From positions 32,001-96,000 of the forward strand of contig JBILLK010000019.1 of assembly GCA_044376115.1 (NCBI GenBank): a stretch of DNA of 64,000 nucleotides, written 5' to 3'. Under the pieces are notes generated by a model that was not told the origin of the DNA, ran no database searches, and worked only from the letters and a program-made list of their open reading frames with translations. The position numbers and the translations under genes were made by a program. Source of the DNA: Polyangiaceae bacterium (GTDB lineage: Bacteria > Myxococcota_A > Polyangia > Polyangiales > Polyangiaceae). This document shows positions 58,756-64,000 of this stretch, in pieces (positions within the stretch are counted from its first letter, which is position 1; each line of letters begins with the position of its first letter).

Positions 58756-60747
58756 TCAGTACGGGTCTTCGGCCTTGCGGCCAACGATCGGCTCGAGCGC
58801 CATGACGAAGCTCATGTTGCCGTTCAGCTTGAACTTGCGCTTCTGCGTCTTGTAGCCGCCGGCCTCGATGCGCAGCTCGTGCTCTACGCCGTCGCGAACC
58901 AGCGTTCGCTTGAACGGCTTGGTGAGCAGCGTCCCGTCGAGGTAAACCTGGGCGTAGCGAGGGGATACCTCAACCTCGAGCACCACCGACTCATCGACCG
59001 CCGCCGTTTGCGTTGGAGGCGCGGTTGGAACCACGGCGGTGACCGGCGTTTGCGTGGGAACGCTTGTCGGCGGCGCGGTCTGCACGCTCGAGGGACCACT
59101 TTCAGCGGTGTTGCTCGGGCGCGTGATCGGCTGGCCCGCCGGAGGGACGCTTGGACGGAAGAACACAGCGTATAGGCTGACCGCGCTGGCTAGCAGCGCC
59201 GTGCCTGCGAGCACGATCACGAGCAGCGAGGACTTGCGTTGACCAGGCTCCAGCTCCGCTTCACGGATGGGTGCGGGGCGCAGCTTGCGCAGCTCGTCGA
59301 GGACCTTCGGGTCCAGCGCGACGATGGAATTGCGCGGCGAGTCCTCTTCCGCCTGGTCGTCCTGCTCTGGGCCGCGCTCTTCCGAGGGTTGCTCCGAAAT
59401 GTTCGCCTTGGGCAGCTTGCTTTTGGGGCGCGTGTCCTCCCCAGCGTCCACGCTCCCAGCGAGCGGGGCTTGCTCGGTCGAAGGCTCGGGTAGCTCAGCC
59501 GGAGCGGCTACCGGGGGCTCGCTTTCGGGCGGTGGCATCGGCGGCGGCGCTTCCGACTCCATCCGGTCAATCAGGTTGAGCAACAGCTCCGGTTTGGAGC
59601 TTGGGTTGGGCGGTGGAGCCTCCGAATCGAGCTCGGCCCGAAGGTCGCGTCGAGCAATCGGCGTAGTGATCCGCGGCTTTGGGTTGGGCGGAAGCAGCGG
59701 CTCGAGCAGGGAGTTGCGGTCACGAAGCTTCGCCAGGTGGGCTGCGACCTCCCCCGGGTCGGGTAGGGTGGCGCGCTCCAACTGCTGCGCCAGCTCGTCG
59801 CGCTCGTCGAAGCTCGCTTGTTCGAGCACTGCCCGCGGCGAAGGGGTCTTGGCGTTGTGGACCTCCTCTGCCGCGCGCGGCGTTGCCCCGACGGCGATGA
59901 TCACCCCGCTTAGCCGGCGCTTGACCGTCTCGTTGCTCGGACTCGAGAGCATGCCCACGCCGAAGCCCGCCGAACGAGCCGATACACGCAGCGCGAGAAT
60001 GCCCTCATTGCAAAGCTGGGTCACCATCTGCAGCGTGCGAACGCGGCCAACCGGCGACTTCTCCAGCAGCTCGCCCAACGTTGCGGCCTGCCGTGCCAGT
60101 CGCAGCAAGGCGAGCAGGTTGGGAGAGAGCCCGTTGCGCGATTCACTGCCCACCACGATCACCTCGGATGCGGGAGGCCCTAGCTCGTGCAGAAGTTGGG
60201 TCGCCGCAGCGTCCTCGGCCACTTCGATCGCTTTGACGATGGTGAGGTTGCGCGGGTAACGCTCGCGATGGCCCTGCAGTTTCTTGAGCGCAGCCTCGTA
60301 TTCACCGCACATCACATGCTTGAACAGGCTCGGTCGATCGTCTTCGGGCATCCACGCCAAGAGCGGTTCCAACGCTGAAAGCACGCTCGCCGGATCTTTG
60401 GGCGGCGGACCCTTCGAGCGTTGCGCCTTTTGCTGCACGACCGAAGCGGCCGGCCGGGCTTTGGGCGTGGGCATCGGCGGGCGCGGCTCACCGAGCGGCC
60501 GACCTCGCAAACTCTCCATCACCGCCGCACGTCCGTTATCGGCAGCTTTGGTCGCTCCCATCACGCCGGAGAAGGGAAAGAGCTTGAGCGTCTTGCGCTT
60601 GGGCGCTCCGGTCTCGTCGACCTCGCTGACCTCCACGGTCGGGTCGTCGCTCTCGACCGCCTTCGCTGCCTCACCGCGTCCGTCCTCGGCGGAACCCAGT
60701 ACGCTGGGTAAGTCGTCATCTTTTTCGACGGTCGAGGGGGGAGCCAC
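58756..60747 (-). CDS. Membrane protein with a C-terminal PEGA-like domain
   Basis: Low-complexity cytoplasmic part, one TM, then VSPRYAQVYLDG...HELRIEAGGYK. Confidence 0.65.
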   Translation of the reverse strand: MAPPSTVEKDDDLPSVLGSAEDGRGEAAKAVESDDPTVEVSEVDETGAPKRKTLKLFPFSGVMGATKAADNGRAAVMESLRGRPLGEPRPPMPTPKARPAASVVQQKAQRSKGPPPKDPASVLSALEPLLAWMPEDDRPSLFKHVMCGEYEAALKKLQGHRERYPRNLTIVKAIEVAEDAAATQLLHELGPPASEVIVVGSESRNGLSPNLLALLRLARQAATLGELLEKSPVGRVRTLQMVTQLCNEGILALRVSARSAGFGVGMLSSPSNETVKRRLSGVIIAVGATPRAAEEVHNAKTPSPRAVLEQASFDERDELAQQLERATLPDPGEVAAHLAKLRDRNSLLEPLLPPNPKPRITTPIARRDLRAELDSEAPPPNPSSKPELLLNLIDRMESEAPPPMPPPESEPPVAAPAELPEPSTEQAPLAGSVDAGEDTRPKSKLPKANISEQPSEERGPEQDDQAEEDSPRNSIVALDPKVLDELRKLRPAPIREAELEPGQRKSSLLVIVLAGTALLASAVSLYAVFFRPSVPPAGQPITRPSNTAESGPSSVQTAPPTSVPTQTPVTAVVPTAPPTQTAAVDESVVLEVEVSPRYAQVYLDGTLLTKPFKRTLVRDGVEHELRIEAGGYKTQKRKFKLNGNMSFVMALEPIVGRKAEDPY

Positions 60748-60803
60748 TGCTCGCTAGGTTGCCACGATTCGCATAAAAAACGAAGGAGTCTCGCGGCGCC
60801 GCT

Positions 60804-60968
60804 TCAGCTGCGCCCAGCGGGCGCGTAGAGCATCGTCGGGATCTCTTCTTCGTCATCAAAGAGCGACGACAATGCCTGTCGCATGCGCGCCCTGAGCGGT
60901 AGCTCTTGCGTGCTCGCCACGACTTCGTTCAACGGAGCGCCCCCGAGCACCGACCGCGAGATGTACAC
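60804..60968 (-). CDS. Possible small protein (54 aa)
   Basis: GTG start; lies downstream of a sigma54 motif; acidic DDEEEIPTM tail. Confidence 0.35.
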   Translation of the reverse strand: MYISRSVLGGAPLNEVVASTQELPLRARMRQALSSLFDDEEEIPTMLYAPAGRS

Positions 60969-61037
60969 CTCAGCCGGGCGCGGAGTGAGGTCGGTTCGAG
61001 CTAGGTTGCCAACGCAGAGTTTCACGAGCTGGAAGAA

Positions 61038-61053
61038 AGCAGGCTCCGTGCCA
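61038..61053 (-). promoter_or_regulatory. Sigma54 (-24/-12) promoter candidate
   Basis: Minus strand TGGCACGGAGCCTGCT: GG-N10-GC with TGGCACG. Confidence 0.6.
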
Positions 61054-61227
61054 TGGGCCACATTCTTTGAGAAAACGCACAATTGTTCGAGAAATTCCGT
61101 CGCTTCCCAAAGCCGAGCGGGCTTCCGTCAAACGGGTAACGGCCCCGCGTGCGATAAGTTCCTATCGCGCGGGCTTTCGTCTCCCAGGGTCAGGAAGACC
61201 CGCGGCCCAGCGTCGCTCCGCAGCGTT

Positions 61228-62676
61228 ATGAACCCCAACTACGTCGACGAAGCAAACTGGAAGCAACTCGCGCGCTGGGACGAGGCGGAGGGCTACTTTC
61301 ACCTCGAGACCCGCGACCTCGGCGAGGTCCCGGTTCGCTTGTTTTTGAGCCCATCCCTCCTGGCCGCAGCGGAGACGCAGCTTTACCGGCAGATCGTCAA
61401 CGCCACTCGCTTTCCTGGCGTGAAGCTGGTCGCCATCACGCCCGACGCGCACTACGGCTACGGCGTCCCCGTTGGCTGTGTGATCCTCACCGATCGCCAC
61501 GAGGGCGCGCTGGCCATGGGGCCTGTCGGCTTCGATATCGGCTGCGGCATGGTGAGCGCCAAGAGCGACGTTTCGGTCGACTTGGCGTCTCCCGAGCGCA
61601 AGCTGGCCTTCCATCGCGAGGTGATGCAGCGAGTGAGCTTGGGCGCGGGAGGGACGAGCCGTCGCTTCGGTTCGCTCAACAAGGCGAGCTTCCAAGAACT
61701 CGTTCGCGGTGGCGCTGAGCAGTACGGCTCTCGTCACGGCCAACAGGTGGATCGCGCGCGCGCCGAGCGTCACCGCATCCCGGTGGCGGATTCGTGGGAC
61801 ATCCCCTTCGGTGGGCCCGGTCGGCCGGAGCGCGGTATGGATCAGCTGGGTTCGCTCGGCGGAGGCAACCACTTCATCGAGCTGCAACGCTGCGAAGAGT
61901 CGCAGACGCTGTACGTGCAGTTCCACACGGGAAGCCGAGGCTTCGGTCACGGCTTGGCCACCAACTATTTCGCCATGGCCAAGGCTGAGAACCCGCGTAT
62001 CACCGACATCGATCTGGGCTTTTTTACGCCCGAATCGAAGGAGTACGCCGGCTATCAGAACGCCGTCGCGGCAGGAGGTAACTTCGCCATCATCAACCGC
62101 CTGGTGATGTTCGAAGCAGTGGCCGAAGCCTTCGAGAAGGTGTTCAAGGCTCCGCTCGAGCTCGTCTACGAAATCAGCCACAACTTGGTACAGGCCGAAG
62201 TCCACCCGGAGTTCGGTGAGGTGTGGGTGCATCGCAAGGGCGCGACGCGGGCCTTTCCGGCGGGTCACCCAGCGCTGGCTGGGACGGCCTTCGCCGACAC
62301 CGGGCACCCGGTGCTCATTCCCGGCTCGAACCGCGATGAGAGCTTTATCTTGCGACCTCTTCCTGGGGCGGCCAAGAGTGGGTTCAGCGTCAATCACGGC
62401 GCGGGACGGCGCATGAGCCGCGCTGAAGCCAGCCGCACCCTCTCGCAGGAGAAGGTGAACGAGCAGTACCGACGCGACGGTATCTTGGTGAACCTCGACG
62501 GTGAGGTTCCGCTCGATGAGGCCAACGCCTGCTACAAGTCCTGCCGCGAGGTGGTGGACGTCGTGGTTGGCGCAGGTCTCGCCGAGATCGAGTGCACCCT
62601 TTGGCCGCTCTCGTCGCTCAAGGGAACGGAGCAAGGGTCGGCCTCGCGGCGCGCGAAGAAGGGCCGCAAGCGCTGA
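61228..62676 (+). CDS. rtcB: RtcB-family RNA ligase
   Basis: PDAH, GFDIGCGM, SLGGGNHFIE, HTGSRG, SHN, HRKGAT, IPGS, NHGAGR and DE...YK motifs. Confidence 0.92.
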   Translation: MNPNYVDEANWKQLARWDEAEGYFHLETRDLGEVPVRLFLSPSLLAAAETQLYRQIVNATRFPGVKLVAITPDAHYGYGVPVGCVILTDRHEGALAMGPVGFDIGCGMVSAKSDVSVDLASPERKLAFHREVMQRVSLGAGGTSRRFGSLNKASFQELVRGGAEQYGSRHGQQVDRARAERHRIPVADSWDIPFGGPGRPERGMDQLGSLGGGNHFIELQRCEESQTLYVQFHTGSRGFGHGLATNYFAMAKAENPRITDIDLGFFTPESKEYAGYQNAVAAGGNFAIINRLVMFEAVAEAFEKVFKAPLELVYEISHNLVQAEVHPEFGEVWVHRKGATRAFPAGHPALAGTAFADTGHPVLIPGSNRDESFILRPLPGAAKSGFSVNHGAGRRMSRAEASRTLSQEKVNEQYRRDGILVNLDGEVPLDEANACYKSCREVVDVVVGAGLAEIECTLWPLSSLKGTEQGSASRRAKKGRKR

Positions 62677-62685
62677 GCTTGCGGG

Positions 62686-63462
62686 CTAGGGCTCGACTTT
62701 GGCGAGCACGAGCGTGACGTTGTCAACGCCGCCTTTGGCGTTGGCAGCGTCCACCAGTGCAGCCACGAGCGACTCGAGGTCGCTGTTCGGTGGAGCCGCG
62801 CTTTCGAGGGCTTGGGCCAGCTCCTGCTCGGAGAGCTGGCCGGAAAGGCCATCTGAGCAGAGCAGGTACACGTCCCCGGGAAGGCAGGCGTGCTGCAACA
62901 CGTCCACTTGAACGTCTTCACGAATGCCAAGGGCCCGCGTGATCACGTTGGGTGGCAGCTGCGATACTTCTTCCGCCGTCATCCAAGGAGCCGCGTGAAC
63001 AGCGTCGCTCACGAGCGAGTGATCCCGCGTGAGCTGGCTAAGCTTGCCATCACGGAAGAGGTAGCAGCGGCTATCGCCCACGTTGGCGATCGCCACGTGC
63101 GTTCGATCCTCGGAGAACATGCACGCGACGCAGGTCGTGCCCATGCCGAAATCGGTCAGCGTCTTCAGCGACCGATCAAAGATGCGGCGGTTGGCCAGCC
63201 GAAAGCCGGTGACGAGGTAGTTCTCCTCCTCGGAGAGGTTGCGATCGTAGGGGAAGGGCCAGGTCGCGTCGGGCCGAACCGTGACCACGAAGAAGTCATT
63301 GATGGTGTCGACCGCGAGCGCGCTTGCAATGCTCCCGGAGCGATGACCGCCGAGGCCGTCCGCTACGAGACCGAGCCTGTACTCTTCGACGATGCGAAAC
63401 GCGTCCTCGTTTTGCTCTCGCTGGCTCCCGATGTCGGTCTTTGCGGCGAAGCGAACGTTCAC
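62686..63462 (-). CDS. PP2C-family Ser/Thr protein phosphatase
   Basis: TDIG..R..NED, VADGLGGH, MGTT, NVGDSRCY, LTRDHS, LLCSDGL and GGVDNVT motifs. Confidence 0.93.
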   Translation of the reverse strand: MNVRFAAKTDIGSQREQNEDAFRIVEEYRLGLVADGLGGHRSGSIASALAVDTINDFFVVTVRPDATWPFPYDRNLSEEENYLVTGFRLANRRIFDRSLKTLTDFGMGTTCVACMFSEDRTHVAIANVGDSRCYLFRDGKLSQLTRDHSLVSDAVHAAPWMTAEEVSQLPPNVITRALGIREDVQVDVLQHACLPGDVYLLCSDGLSGQLSEQELAQALESAAPPNSDLESLVAALVDAANAKGGVDNVTLVLAKVEP

Positions 63463-63759
63463 CGAGGCTCCGACGCGGCATGACCGAACATCCACTCGGC
63501 GTAGAACCATTGGCGGTGGATGGCAAGTCCATCCCGTCAGACACAATTCGTTACGCGTTCGGGTTCCGTTGAAACAAACTGAAACCGTCGTCGCGGCCCT
63601 CGGCGAGGCCTCCCGGCGGTGCGCTCCCCGTTCCGCTTTGGGGGCTATCGGCGGTACAACCTGGAGATGGCCGGAAAAGCCGACGTCGTCGCAACGTGGG
63701 TGGGAGCGCTGACGCGGGGTGGACTCCTGTTCACCAACACGGAGGAACGTGGGGTTCGC

Positions 63760-64000
63760 ATGGCCGTGGTGCTTGTCGGGGAGCGCCGCTTGGCAGAGCT
63801 GCGAGAGTGGTTCCTGCCGTTGAGCGTCGCCACTCGACTCGAGATTCGTGAAGCCGCCATCAGTTTCTGTTTGCACTTCTTCTGTGCCGACCGCGTTTGT
63901 AGCACCGAAGAGGTGGCTTTTCTCGAGCAGGTCTTCGATTCCTGTGATCTGCCTCTGGCAGAGCGTCGCCAGTATTATGCCTTGCTGCGGGCTGCGTTGG
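63760..64000 (+). CDS. TerB-like helical protein, truncated by the window end (not in the ORF track)
   Basis: Open frame from ATG 63760: MAVVLVGERRLAELREWF...FFCADRVCSTEEVAFLEQVF...; AD....E..FL pattern of the TerB fold. Confidence 0.5.
   Translation, partial: MAVVLVGERRLAELREWFLPLSVATRLEIREAAISFCLHFFCADRVCSTEEVAFLEQVFDSCDLPLAERRQYYALLRAAL

Overview
GC-rich (about two-thirds G+C by eye) bacterial chromosomal segment that looks myxobacterial (Polyangiaceae/Sorangium-like). That call rests on two eukaryote-like Ser/Thr kinases, a PP2C phosphatase, DUF2169, PEGA, AgmX/PglI-type C-terminal domains, Cys-rich repeat lipoproteins and many lipoboxes. Housekeeping content: nhaA with an upstream nhaA-I-type riboswitch candidate, a POT peptide transporter, a TamB-like protein, aldehyde dehydrogenase, glgB, an ACE-like M2 peptidase, an OmpR-type two-component pair, tRNA-Gln(CUG), tRNA-Glu(CUC), CIRCE-controlled groES-groEL, a Crp-like protein coupled to a class II cNMP phosphodiesterase, and rtcB. 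The most unusual stretch is about 30.2-44.7 kb. It holds a stand-alone EF-Tu domain II protein, and an RCC1 lipoprotein ending in three Gly-spaced GGAI(G/P)PQP cores next to a JmjC hydroxylase. It also holds a coupled four-gene c-type-heme/DUF1501-like surface operon, and a coupled operon with two tandem di-heme (DHOR-type) enzymes flanked by a Cys-rich lectin-like lipoprotein and a propeller lipoprotein. No CRISPR array, rRNA, integrase or transposase was seen. All family names come from recognising motifs by eye; no database search was run.
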